From positions 2,820,001 to 2,852,000 of the forward strand of contig NC_020409.1 in NCBI RefSeq assembly GCF_000341895.1: a DNA stretch of 32,000 nt. The letters run 5' to 3'. Position numbers and translations under genes: made by a program. The notes under the pieces were generated by a model. The model did no database searches, was not told where the DNA came from, and saw only the letters and a program-made list of their open reading frames with translations. Positions 24,197 through 32,000 of this stretch are shown here, piece by piece (the stretch's first letter is position 1; each line of letters starts with the position of its first letter). This DNA is from Pseudodesulfovibrio piezophilus C1TLV30 (GTDB taxonomy: Bacteria; Desulfobacterota; Desulfovibrionia; Desulfovibrionales; Desulfovibrionaceae).

Positions 24197-25669
24197 ATGC
24201 AACCCGGACAGCAGCGGTTGGTGGTGGTTTCAAACCGGCTTCCCGCCGCAATCAAAAGGGATGGTGACGGCTGGACAGTCAAGGCAGGGGCCGGAGGGCT
24301 CGTCACGGCACTGGCTCCGGTTCTCAAGAACAGGGGAGGGGTCTGGATAGGTTGGGCAGGGAATTCGGACCCGGAAATGGATGTTGATTCGCTGTTGGAA
24401 GATTTTTCTTCGAGTGCCGGTTATGACCTGTACACCGTGCCCCTGACAAAAAAGGAAGTGGATGGGTATTACTTTGGTTTTTCCAACGAGATCATCTGGC
24501 CCCTGTTTCATGATCTTCAGACTCGGTGCCGATTTCACCCGATGTATTGGCGGATGTTTTTGGATGTGAATTTCAAGTTTGCCGAATTGGTGGCGCGTAA
24601 AACGACCTCTGATGATTATATATGGATTCAGGACTATCATCTCATGCATCAGGCTTTTTTCCTGAAATCCATGGGGGTCAAAAGGAATCTGGGTTTTTTC
24701 CTGCATATTCCGTTTCCCACTCCGGATATCTTTATGAAGTTGCCGTGGCGGTGGAAGGTTATTCAGGCTCTGACAGAATTCGATCTGGTAGGGTTTCAAA
24801 CCATGCAGGACAGAAAAAATTTCACTGAATGCCTGCGGCGTCTTATGCCTGAGACACGTGTTGTCGGTCGTGGAGCCGTGGTTTCAGTAGATATGGGGAA
24901 TCGACAATTTCGTTTGGGGGCTTTCCCTATATCGATAGATTTCAATCAGTTTTCAGAGCTGGCGGAACAGCCGGAAGTCGTCGAAGAATCTTTCAAGATC
25001 AAGGAGGCTTTGCGGCATCGCAAGATAATTCTCGGTGTTGACCGTCTTGATTATACCAAAGGCATTCCTGAGCGTATCCGTTCCATCCAGACATTGCTTC
25101 GCCGTTATCCCGAGTTGATAGGACGGATCAATTTTGTCCAGATAGCCGTACCCAGTCGCGAGGAAGTGGATGAATACAAGGAACTCCGCATTGAAATCGA
25201 ACAACTGGTGGGGCGAGTCAACGGGGAATTCTCTTTTCCCGGTTGGGTGCCGGTACACTATCATTACAAGAGTTTTCCCCCGGAAGAGCTTGTCGCTTAT
25301 TACAGTGCGGCGGATATAGCGCTGGTCACTCCCTTGCGTGATGGAATGAATCTGGTCGCCAAGGAGTATTGCGCCTGCAATGTCAATGAAGATGGTGTTC
25401 TTGTCCTGAGTGAATTTGCCGGGGCTGCCGCACAGCTCCAGAAAGACGCCTATCTGGTCAACCCGTATGATATGGAAGGTATTGCCAAGGCTCTTAATCG
25501 GGCTTTTCACTGGGACAAGGAAGAACGGCGCGGGCATATGGCCAATCTGCGGGATAATATTCGCAAGAACAATATCTACTGGTGGGTTGATTCCTTTCTG
25601 AATGCGGGGATAGCCAAGTCTTTGGGTGATTTTCCGGAAGTGGACACCCTTCAGTTTGAGCGCGGGTAA
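24197..25669 (+). CDS. otsA: alpha,alpha-trehalose-phosphate synthase (GT20)
   Basis: 490 aa with LVVVSNRLP...GGLVTAL....[22 protein letters not shown] and [22 protein letters not shown] before the ATG at 24197. Confidence 0.92.
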   Translation: MQPGQQRLVVVSNRLPAAIKRDGDGWTVKAGAGGLVTALAPVLKNRGGVWIGWAGNSDPEMDVDSLLEDFSSSAGYDLYTVPLTKKEVDGYYFGFSNEIIWPLFHDLQTRCRFHPMYWRMFLDVNFKFAELVARKTTSDDYIWIQDYHLMHQAFFLKSMGVKRNLGFFLHIPFPTPDIFMKLPWRWKVIQALTEFDLVGFQTMQDRKNFTECLRRLMPETRVVGRGAVVSVDMGNRQFRLGAFPISIDFNQFSELAEQPEVVEESFKIKEALRHRKIILGVDRLDYTKGIPERIRSIQTLLRRYPELIGRINFVQIAVPSREEVDEYKELRIEIEQLVGRVNGEFSFPGWVPVHYHYKSFPPEELVAYYSAADIALVTPLRDGMNLVAKEYCACNVNEDGVLVLSEFAGAAAQLQKDAYLVNPYDMEGIAKALNRAFHWDKEERRGHMANLRDNIRKNNIYWWVDSFLNAGIAKSLGDFPEVDTLQFERG

Positions 25670-25717
25670 TGGGGAGCCGGATTTGAAGAGTTTCGGGTTT
25701 TGCTATAGTCTTGTCTC

Positions 25718-25951
25718 ATGCTTGTGCTCAAATGTGCGGCGTGCCGTCGCAAACTCTGGAAGTATTACAAGAAAGGGCAGGGAGAGGTGCACCGTTGCCA
25801 CAAAGATCGCATTCACAAGGTTTTTACCTTGATAGAAAGGGATGGGAAGGTGTTCTGTTCCTGCGGGAAGGCCGTGGGGATTGACCGTGGCCTTTTTTAC
25901 ACAATGGACAAAAAGGCGTTCACATACAAGGGAACCAAGACAAACAGTTAG
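25718..25951 (+). CDS. small Cys-rich (zinc-ribbon-like) hypothetical protein
   Basis: 77 aa with CAAC...(H)C(H)...CSC spacing and lysine-rich composition. No convincing SD. Its 3' end overlaps the convergent GGDEF gene by 4 nt. Confidence 0.4.
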   Translation: MLVLKCAACRRKLWKYYKKGQGEVHRCHKDRIHKVFTLIERDGKVFCSCGKAVGIDRGLFYTMDKKAFTYKGTKTNS

Positions 25952-26868
25952 GCGTTTTCCTGTTTGTCATAGAAAGCAAAATTGTTCTTTCCTTTCCGTT
26001 TGACCTGATACATGGCCTTGTCTGCCGCGTCCATGATCGACTCTACACTTTCGCCATCTGTGGGATACAGGGCTATGCCGATGGAGGCCCCTGTATTCAC
26101 GCGATCGCCTTCAATGACATAATGTGTGCGCAGGCGTTCCACCAGTTGTCCGGCCAGGGCTGCAGCCATGCTTCTGTCGGCTCGGGGCAGGATAACGATG
26201 AATTCATCTCCACCTTGCCGATAAGTGACGCCGTGTTGTGCGACGACGTGGTTCATGCGTCGTGCAGCCCGCACCAGTAAGGTGTCCCCGGCCTTGTGCC
26301 CGAGATTGTCGTTGACTTCCTTGAAACCATCAAGGTCAATGAAGACTATAGCCACTTTGGTATCAGTGTCTTCGGCGTCAGTGAGTTCCTTGGGCAGGGC
26401 TTCTTCAAGGGCGAGTCTGTTGCGCAGCCCGGTCAGAGTATCCCGATAGGCGAGCTGCATGGTACATTTATCCTGTTCCGGGTCATGGACCGTACAGAAA
26501 TAGGCATTGTGGTCTGGGGAGAAAATAACGTTCCAGTTGAGCTTCAGGTATTTTTCATTCTTGCACATGAATCTGAAGGAAAAGGATGTGGAGCCGATGT
26601 CTGAAGTGATGAGTTGCTGCATGTCGGCAAGAACACGTTCCCGATCGTCAAAGTGGATATGTTCCATGAGGTAATTTCCCTGAAGATCCTCTCGGGAAAT
26701 GCCTGTCACTCCTTCCCAATGAGTATTGACGTCTTCGAATTGTCCATCAATGGAGATGACGGCACACATGTCGGGAGAAAGAGACAACCATGCATACCGC
26801 TCGACGTAGAAGAGTCTTTGGAGCAGATAAGGGTCGAAATCTTCTTCGAAGAACAGGTTCATATCCAT
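25948..26868 (-). CDS. PAS domain-containing diguanylate cyclase (GGDEF)
   Basis: The C-terminal part is DTLTGLRNR...FIDLDGFKEVND..GH.AGD......YRQGGDEF, with the GGDEF motif intact. I saw no RxxD I-site 5 residues upstream of GGDEF. The N-terminal part is PAS-like. The start was reset to ATG 26866-26868 (or 26860-26862). Confidence 0.85.
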   Translation of the reverse strand: MDMNLFFEEDFDPYLLQRLFYVERYAWLSLSPDMCAVISIDGQFEDVNTHWEGVTGISREDLQGNYLMEHIHFDDRERVLADMQQLITSDIGSTSFSFRFMCKNEKYLKLNWNVIFSPDHNAYFCTVHDPEQDKCTMQLAYRDTLTGLRNRLALEEALPKELTDAEDTDTKVAIVFIDLDGFKEVNDNLGHKAGDTLLVRAARRMNHVVAQHGVTYRQGGDEFIVILPRADRSMAAALAGQLVERLRTHYVIEGDRVNTGASIGIALYPTDGESVESIMDAADKAMYQVKRKGKNNFAFYDKQENA

Positions 26869-27044
26869 GGTCTCCGATACCGTTTTTCGGTATTTTACAC
26901 CAGAAGAAATTTTGATAGTTGACAAAAATGTCACGCAAGGGAGGCTTGAAAGCACACTCTCCCAAACAATGCCCGCCCTATAATAGGGATATTGCTCTGT
27001 ATCAGTCTGATATGTCGAGAAGAGGAGAAGGAGGAAATAATGGT

Positions 27045-27512
27045 ATGAAACAATGGCTTCGACTTGTATTCATTCTTGTGGGTATCTTGTCTTGGGGACC
27101 GTATACGGCGGCGGCTGACGGTATATGTACAACCATTCCGTGGGGTGAGAAACTCTCAGCGGTGCAGAATCTTACCTATTCCGGCACAGCTTCGGGGATT
27201 TTGTATTACACTGTTACCAGAGTCGAGACCTGTGGCCTGTCCAGGCTTGAGGGGAGTCGTGTCACCTACGGATTTCGTCATGAACGTCTGTACTCGACCC
27301 TTGTTGAGATCGACAGGACAGATGACCTGCGCAAGATTGTTTCTTTATTTGTAGAAACCTACGGACTGCCTGAGACCAGGCTGGAAGACGGGTGGGATGT
27401 TTCCCTCTGGGAGAATGACGATCTCAGGATCAAGCTCAAAAGCCAGTATGCAACAGGTCGGGTCAAGATTGGCATGTACTATAAGCCCTTGATGCTAAAA
27501 GGCGAGCACTGA
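27045..27512 (+). CDS. secreted hypothetical protein
   Basis: 155 aa from ATG 27045 (GGAGG 10 nt upstream). Signal peptide MKQWLRLVFILVGILSWGPYTAAA|DG. No recognisable domain. Confidence 0.6.
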   Translation: MKQWLRLVFILVGILSWGPYTAAADGICTTIPWGEKLSAVQNLTYSGTASGILYYTVTRVETCGLSRLEGSRVTYGFRHERLYSTLVEIDRTDDLRKIVSLFVETYGLPETRLEDGWDVSLWENDDLRIKLKSQYATGRVKIGMYYKPLMLKGEH

Positions 27513-27519
27513 TTGTAGG

Positions 27520-28059
27520 TTACAATACTCGGCGCGCACCGAGAAAGCGTTTGTGCCAATAGCTGTTGAGCAGAGGGGATTCCATGACCCGCTTTCCTGA
27601 GCTGGGAGAGTGGACAAATGTTCTCCTGTCAGTGACTATCCCGACGTGTAGTCCCTTTTTGCCTTTGTCCACCTGATAAAAAATCAGGTCACCGGGGCGG
27701 ATGTCGGTATATTTGACAGTCTGCCCCCAGCCGAATTGTTGCCATGACAGACGGGGTATTCTGATACCGTGTTGGCGAAAGACGAAATAGACGAAGCCGG
27801 AACAGTCAAATCCTGTACTCGGACTGGTTCCACCCCATTTGTACGGCGCTCCGATAAGGCTCCTCGCAGTCCGAATAATTGGTGCAGCCTTGGTGGGGAC
27901 CGTTCTTGAAGCCGTGGAGACTTCGGCCTGATGTGCTCCGGGCGGGGTATACTTTTTTTGGGCGGCGCATCCCCCGGCCAACAGCAACACAAGCATCAGG
28001 CAAGCCGTGGAGAATATGCCTGTATGGTGCTTGTGTCGCTGGGCAGAGATACGGGACAT
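27520..28059 (-). CDS. NlpC/P60 (C40) family peptidoglycan endopeptidase, probable lipoprotein
   Basis: Signal/lipobox-like LLLAGGC. Catalytic pattern YKWGG.....FDCSGFV, then PGDLIF... and HVGIV.....FVHS. Confidence 0.88.
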   Translation of the reverse strand: MSRISAQRHKHHTGIFSTACLMLVLLLAGGCAAQKKYTPPGAHQAEVSTASRTVPTKAAPIIRTARSLIGAPYKWGGTSPSTGFDCSGFVYFVFRQHGIRIPRLSWQQFGWGQTVKYTDIRPGDLIFYQVDKGKKGLHVGIVTDRRTFVHSPSSGKRVMESPLLNSYWHKRFLGARRVL

Positions 28060-28068
28060 TCGGCTCTC

Positions 28069-28620
28069 TTATCGTACTCGGATAAAAGATTTGACGCCGC
28101 GAGTGCCGGGCACTGACTTGGCATGGGCGATGGCTTCATCCCGTTCCTTTTCCGTCCCAACAAGCCCGAGCATGATGATTTTGCACTGCACTATCTCGAC
28201 ATCAATATTGGTGGACCAGATGTCCTTGTCTCCGACCAGTTTGTTCTTGAGCTTGGCCGCAATATCCATGGTGTCCATTGTTCCGCAAAGATCATCTTCC
28301 CGCTTGGGCAAAAAATAGGTGGTGACGGTTTTGACGCCTTTCACTCCCTTGGCAATGGAGACAGCCTTGTCCACCTGGGCATGGCTGTCATATTCGCCAA
28401 CCAGATAGACATTGCCTTCGTAGCTGTATGCGTCAAAGTCGAGGAATTTGATGGTATCATCTTTCAGAAACTGTTCTTCAATGAGAAAGGATATTTTTCT
28501 GTCGCTGGTGTAGGTGCCGACATTGCGTTCTTCCACGGCTACATCGTATACGGCGCACCCGCCGATAAACTGGACTGCCAACATGATCAATGTGAATGAC
28601 AAGAATACGGAGCGTCTCAT
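28069..28620 (-). CDS. BON domain-containing lipoprotein (OsmY/YraP-like)
   Basis: 183 aa from ATG 28618-28620 (GGGGGA upstream). Lipobox FIGGC. It has two BON-like units (...GNVYLVGEYDSHAQVDKAVSIAKGVKGVK.V and ...KIIMLGLVGTEKERDEAIAHAKSVPGTRGVKSFI). The longer ORF-track start would overlap rluC. Confidence 0.8.
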   Translation of the reverse strand: MRRSVFLSFTLIMLAVQFIGGCAVYDVAVEERNVGTYTSDRKISFLIEEQFLKDDTIKFLDFDAYSYEGNVYLVGEYDSHAQVDKAVSIAKGVKGVKTVTTYFLPKREDDLCGTMDTMDIAAKLKNKLVGDKDIWSTNIDVEIVQCKIIMLGLVGTEKERDEAIAHAKSVPGTRGVKSFIRVR

Positions 28621-28685
28621 GAATTCCCCCTGAGAATTTCTAGGTAATGTCTTTGTATCGGTTTTGCGCACTGGGAGCAACTTCA

Positions 28686-29582
28686 TTAGGCAAGCAGAGC
28701 GAGCGCTGATTGCAACATGGTATCGGGAATCGACCATGGCCCTGTCCATGGAGGAGCCAGGCTGAAGTCATGCCCGTCGATCCGCATGCTGTAGCAATGC
28801 AGTCGCATGGTTCGGTGCTGGTTCTTTTCGCCATATTTATGGTCGCCCACCACAGGATGATTCCGTGAGGCGAGTTGGACCCGAATCTGGTGTGTTCTGC
28901 CTGTGAGCAGACGGACCGCAAGCAGGGTGTGGCGTTGCGTCTGGGTGAGGGCGACGACTCGTGCTAGTGCAGCCTTTCCGGAACCGACCCTGACTTTTTC
29001 CTTCCCTGGGCTCCCCTGCTTTTCCACTTTGTCTTCCAGTATCATTTCTCCGGAGTGAGGCCATTGACCTTCGACCCAGGTCAGGTACAGTTTTGCGACG
29101 TCTCCCGCCGCGAAACTGTCATTGAGTCGCCGTAGGGTGCAATACTCTTTGGCAGCCAGCAACAACCCAGAGGTGCCCTTGTCCAATCTGTGTGCCAGGG
29201 TGGGCATGAAATCCGCATCGGCAAACATAGCGGTGAGTCGGCCTGTGACGGAGTCTTTCACTTTATCACCTCCGTGAACAGCCAATCCCGCAGGTTTTGC
29301 AATGGCCATAATATGAGCATCCTCATGGATGATATCCAAACCGCCCTTGGCAGCCACGGCTGATTCAGCACCTGGAGTATACGGTGGGATGCGAACTATT
29401 TGTCCCGATTCAATGCGGTCAAAAGGTTTTTTCCGCCCTTTGTTCACACGTACCTGTCCCTTGCGAATCCATCGCTGGATGGCAGAACGTGGGACATCTC
29501 CGGTCAGGCGGCGTTCGAGAAACTGTAGGAGCTTTTGTCCTGATTCAGCCTTTGAGACTGTGATGAATTGGACTTCCGGCAT
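28686..29582 (-). CDS. rluC: RluA-family 23S rRNA pseudouridine synthase with N-terminal S4 domain (RluC-like)
   Basis: The S4-like part is GQKLLQFLERRL..VPRSAIQRWIRKGQVRVNKGRKKP...I..GQIVRIPP. The catalytic motif is HRLDKGTSGLLLAAK. HQIRVQLA is also present. Confidence 0.85.
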   Translation of the reverse strand: MPEVQFITVSKAESGQKLLQFLERRLTGDVPRSAIQRWIRKGQVRVNKGRKKPFDRIESGQIVRIPPYTPGAESAVAAKGGLDIIHEDAHIMAIAKPAGLAVHGGDKVKDSVTGRLTAMFADADFMPTLAHRLDKGTSGLLLAAKEYCTLRRLNDSFAAGDVAKLYLTWVEGQWPHSGEMILEDKVEKQGSPGKEKVRVGSGKAALARVVALTQTQRHTLLAVRLLTGRTHQIRVQLASRNHPVVGDHKYGEKNQHRTMRLHCYSMRIDGHDFSLAPPWTGPWSIPDTMLQSALALLA

Positions 29583-29723
29583 GGTCTTCCGATTTGCAAA
29601 TGGTTGAAGTCTTTCGGAGTGGGTCTGTGATGTCTTTCCTATGGCATGCTCCCGACAGCATCAATCGGGTGGCTGTTGTCGGCATATACCGTGTTCCGGG
29701 CCTGTATGACAAGGATCCTGTCC

Positions 29724-31028
29724 TTATTGCATCAAACCGGGGACAAAGGTCACTATGCCGGGGAAAAGCATGATCAGGGCTGCGCACAGACAGTAGGCAA
29801 GCATAAAGTATGTCACACCTTTGAAGACATCGGTCATGGGGACGTCTTTGGCCATGGAAGCAACAATGAAAAGATTGACCCCCACAGGTGGAGTTATGGC
29901 CCCCAGGGTGGTAACGACGGTGATAAGAACGCCGAACCACAGGGGATCATAGCCCATGGCCGTGACCACGGGAAAGAAGATCGGGATAGTGACCAGAAGC
30001 AGGGCCAGGGCATCCATGACCATGCCGCCGATAACATAAATCAGGCAAATGATCAGGATAATGACCATGGGCGGTATGGGGAGGGCCGCCACAGCACTGG
30101 CCGCCTCGAAGGGGAGTCTGGTAATGGCCAGAAAACGGCCGAAGATGACTGCGCCGAAAATGATGACCATGATCATGCATGAAATCTTGAGGGAATCGTT
30201 TACCGCCAGCCAGAATTTCCTGAATGTCATCTTTCCGGAAAGAGTGGCAATGATGAGAGCGAGTGCTGCTCCGGCCGCTCCTGCTTCGGTGGGGGTGAAA
30301 AATCCGAGAAACAGGCCTCCCATGACCAGAATGAACAGAATGATCATTTCGATGGAGCCGGGCAGAGAGGCCAGCTTTTCCTTGAATGTGGTCTTGGGAC
30401 CGGCCGGCCCCCAATCCGGATGTTTGCGGCACAGGAACCAGACTGTTCCCATGAAGAGTGCTGTGAGGAGGACGCCCGGAACAATACTGCCCATGAAGAG
30501 TTGGGCGATGGATTGGCTTGTCTGCAATCCGATGATGATCAAGACGACCGATGGGGGGATGATGACGCCCAGCGTTGCACCTGCTGCCACAGCGCCTGTG
30601 GACAGGATGGAATTGTACTTGAATTTTTTCATCTCCGGCAGAGCCACGGTGGACATGGTTGCCGCTGTCGCGGAATTGGACCCGCATATGGCGGCGAACC
30701 CGGCGCAGGCGAGAATGGTGGTCATGGCCAGTCCGCCCCTGATTTCTCCCATCCATGCATAGGCAGATTTGTAGAGCCGTTCATTGACCCCGGAGTGAAA
30801 GCATATCTGGCCCATGAGGATGAAGAGTGGAATGACTGTCAGGCCGTATCGGGAAAAGACATTCCAGAGTTCTGTACCGAGCATGCCGGTGGCGGCATTC
30901 CAGTTGAGAACAGAGGCAAATCCGCCGAATCCGATGATGGCCATGGCAAAGGCAACCGGGATTCTGAACAGAAAAATGACCGCAAGGAGGAGAAGAGTGC
31001 CGACGATTCCGGAGGTAATCGGGTCCAT
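29724..31028 (-). CDS. dctM: TRAP transporter large permease subunit (DctM)
   Basis: 434-aa polytopic protein from MDPITSGIVG. Its ATG shares one base with the dctQ stop (TAATG). The upstream 59 codons in the ORF track lie inside dctQ. Confidence 0.88.
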   Translation of the reverse strand: MDPITSGIVGTLLLLAVIFLFRIPVAFAMAIIGFGGFASVLNWNAATGMLGTELWNVFSRYGLTVIPLFILMGQICFHSGVNERLYKSAYAWMGEIRGGLAMTTILACAGFAAICGSNSATAATMSTVALPEMKKFKYNSILSTGAVAAGATLGVIIPPSVVLIIIGLQTSQSIAQLFMGSIVPGVLLTALFMGTVWFLCRKHPDWGPAGPKTTFKEKLASLPGSIEMIILFILVMGGLFLGFFTPTEAGAAGAALALIIATLSGKMTFRKFWLAVNDSLKISCMIMVIIFGAVIFGRFLAITRLPFEAASAVAALPIPPMVIILIICLIYVIGGMVMDALALLLVTIPIFFPVVTAMGYDPLWFGVLITVVTTLGAITPPVGVNLFIVASMAKDVPMTDVFKGVTYFMLAYCLCAALIMLFPGIVTFVPGLMQ

Positions 31029-31516
31029 TACTGTACCTTCCGTGCTGTCAGGATTTTGAGAGTGTCCACACACAGAACGAATGACAGGGCGAAGCATCCG
31101 GTCGCAGTGGCAAAAACAAAAGGATGATAAATGATCTGGAGTGTCTCGGAGAGTTCTCCTGTTTGTACCAAAAATGCCGCCCATTTTGTGGTTTCTAGTC
31201 CACAAAAGATGAAGAAAAGGCAGGAAATGAGACTGGTTAGGGCGTCAGTCATGCGTTGGACAGCCTGGGGAAAGCGATTCAGGAGCAGGCCGACCGCAAT
31301 ATGTGATTTTTGTCGTTGGGAAAAGGCGAGTGAAAAGGCAGCGACAACAGCACCCATGAAGCCCATGAGTTCAAATGTCCCTTGAATAGGTGCCCACATT
31401 GCACGAAAGACCATGTTGGCACATGCCAGAAGCATCATGCATACGAGGAAAACGCCTGCGAGAAAAGTCAGAGCCTTGGCAAGACACTCGCTCAGCCGGT
31501 CAAGTCTGTCTATCAT
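31028..31516 (-). CDS. dctQ: TRAP transporter small permease subunit (DctQ)
   Basis: 162 aa with four hydrophobic spans, positioned between dctP and dctM. Confidence 0.8.
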   Translation of the reverse strand: MIDRLDRLSECLAKALTFLAGVFLVCMMLLACANMVFRAMWAPIQGTFELMGFMGAVVAAFSLAFSQRQKSHIAVGLLLNRFPQAVQRMTDALTSLISCLFFIFCGLETTKWAAFLVQTGELSETLQIIYHPFVFATATGCFALSFVLCVDTLKILTARKVQ

Positions 31517-31564
31517 GATATGAAGAAACGCCCCCCAGCAAGTGAGGGGCCTTGGATTGAATGG

Positions 31565-32000
31565 TTATTTGCCGATTTCGGCTTCATGCTTGGCCTTCAT
31601 CGCCAGCATGTCAGCCAGAATGGTTTCGGCATCAAGTCCAGCCTTGGCAGCAGCGGTTTTCCATGACTCGACAAGCCCGGCACTTTTGGTCTTGATTTCA
31701 TCGTGTTCAGCATCGGTGAGCGTGAAGACTTCAACCTGATACTTTTGTTTGCCCCATGCCAGGGCTTCGTTTGTATAGTTGTCCAGGTAGTGTCCGGTCC
31801 ATTGCGCCTGTTCCCGCCCCATATCGTCGAGAACCTTTTTGACATCAGTCGGGAGGGTTTCCCACCGGGCTTTGTTCATGATGATGGCAAAAGGATAGAC
31901 GGGCAGGTTGGTTATGGTTTCAAATCGGCAGGTTTCGGCAAAATTCATGTCCTTGAGAACATCGAACGAGGAAACCAATCCCTTGACCACGCCTTTTTGC
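31565..32000 (-). CDS. dctP: TRAP transporter substrate-binding protein (DctP family), C-terminal part; the 5' end lies outside the window
   Basis: The frame is open to the window edge. The sequence ...PVYPFAIIMNKARWETLP.DVKKVL.. fits the C-terminal half of DctP-type binding proteins, and gene order is P-Q-M. Confidence 0.75.
   Translation of the reverse strand, partial: QKGVVKGLVSSFDVLKDMNFAETCRFETITNLPVYPFAIIMNKARWETLPTDVKKVLDDMGREQAQWTGHYLDNYTNEALAWGKQKYQVEVFTLTDAEHDEIKTKSAGLVESWKTAAAKAGLDAETILADMLAMKAKHEAEIGK

Noticed and set aside
29947-30762. Alternative-frame ORFs (269 aa minus, 237 aa plus, 235 aa plus) inside dctM
   Set aside because: They are Arg/His/Gly-rich out-of-frame or antisense readings of a GC-biased membrane protein gene. 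The DctM frame gives a coherent polytopic permease.

Overview
This is a chromosomal window of about 50% GC. The protein signatures suggest a Desulfovibrionales-type deltaproteobacterium, but that is inference only. I saw no rRNA, tRNA, CRISPR array, IS element or phage genes.

Gene content from left to right:
- the 3' end of cbiA
- a compact N-glycosylation-type island: an STT3/PglB oligosaccharyltransferase, a DegT aminotransferase and a small membrane-anchored gene broken by a 146-bp tandem duplication, facing a convergent TPR-GT41 (OGT/SPINDLY-like) enzyme
- ppiB
- a livJHMGF branched-chain amino acid ABC operon (minus strand)
- a fadD-cysC pair
- a wHTH/Rossmann regulator coupled to a NeuB/NANS-like nonulosonic acid synthase, behind a sigma54-type promoter
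- cheV
- DUF2325, flavin reductase and marR, with two identical operator boxes
- a secreted beta-helix protein and a TPR-like orphan
- an atypical groES-groEL pair, divergent from otsA
- a PAS-GGDEF protein
- rluC, a BON lipoprotein and an NlpC/P60 lipoprotein
- a TRAP transporter (dctPQM; dctP is truncated by the window edge)

The most interesting items are the frameshifting tandem duplication beside pglB, the chaperonin pair trimmed at both ends of the folding cage, the isolated NANS-like synthase module, and the MarR two-box mini-regulon. Several six-frame ORFs are 5'-extended; I re-placed their starts using RBS position and stop/start overlaps with the upstream gene.
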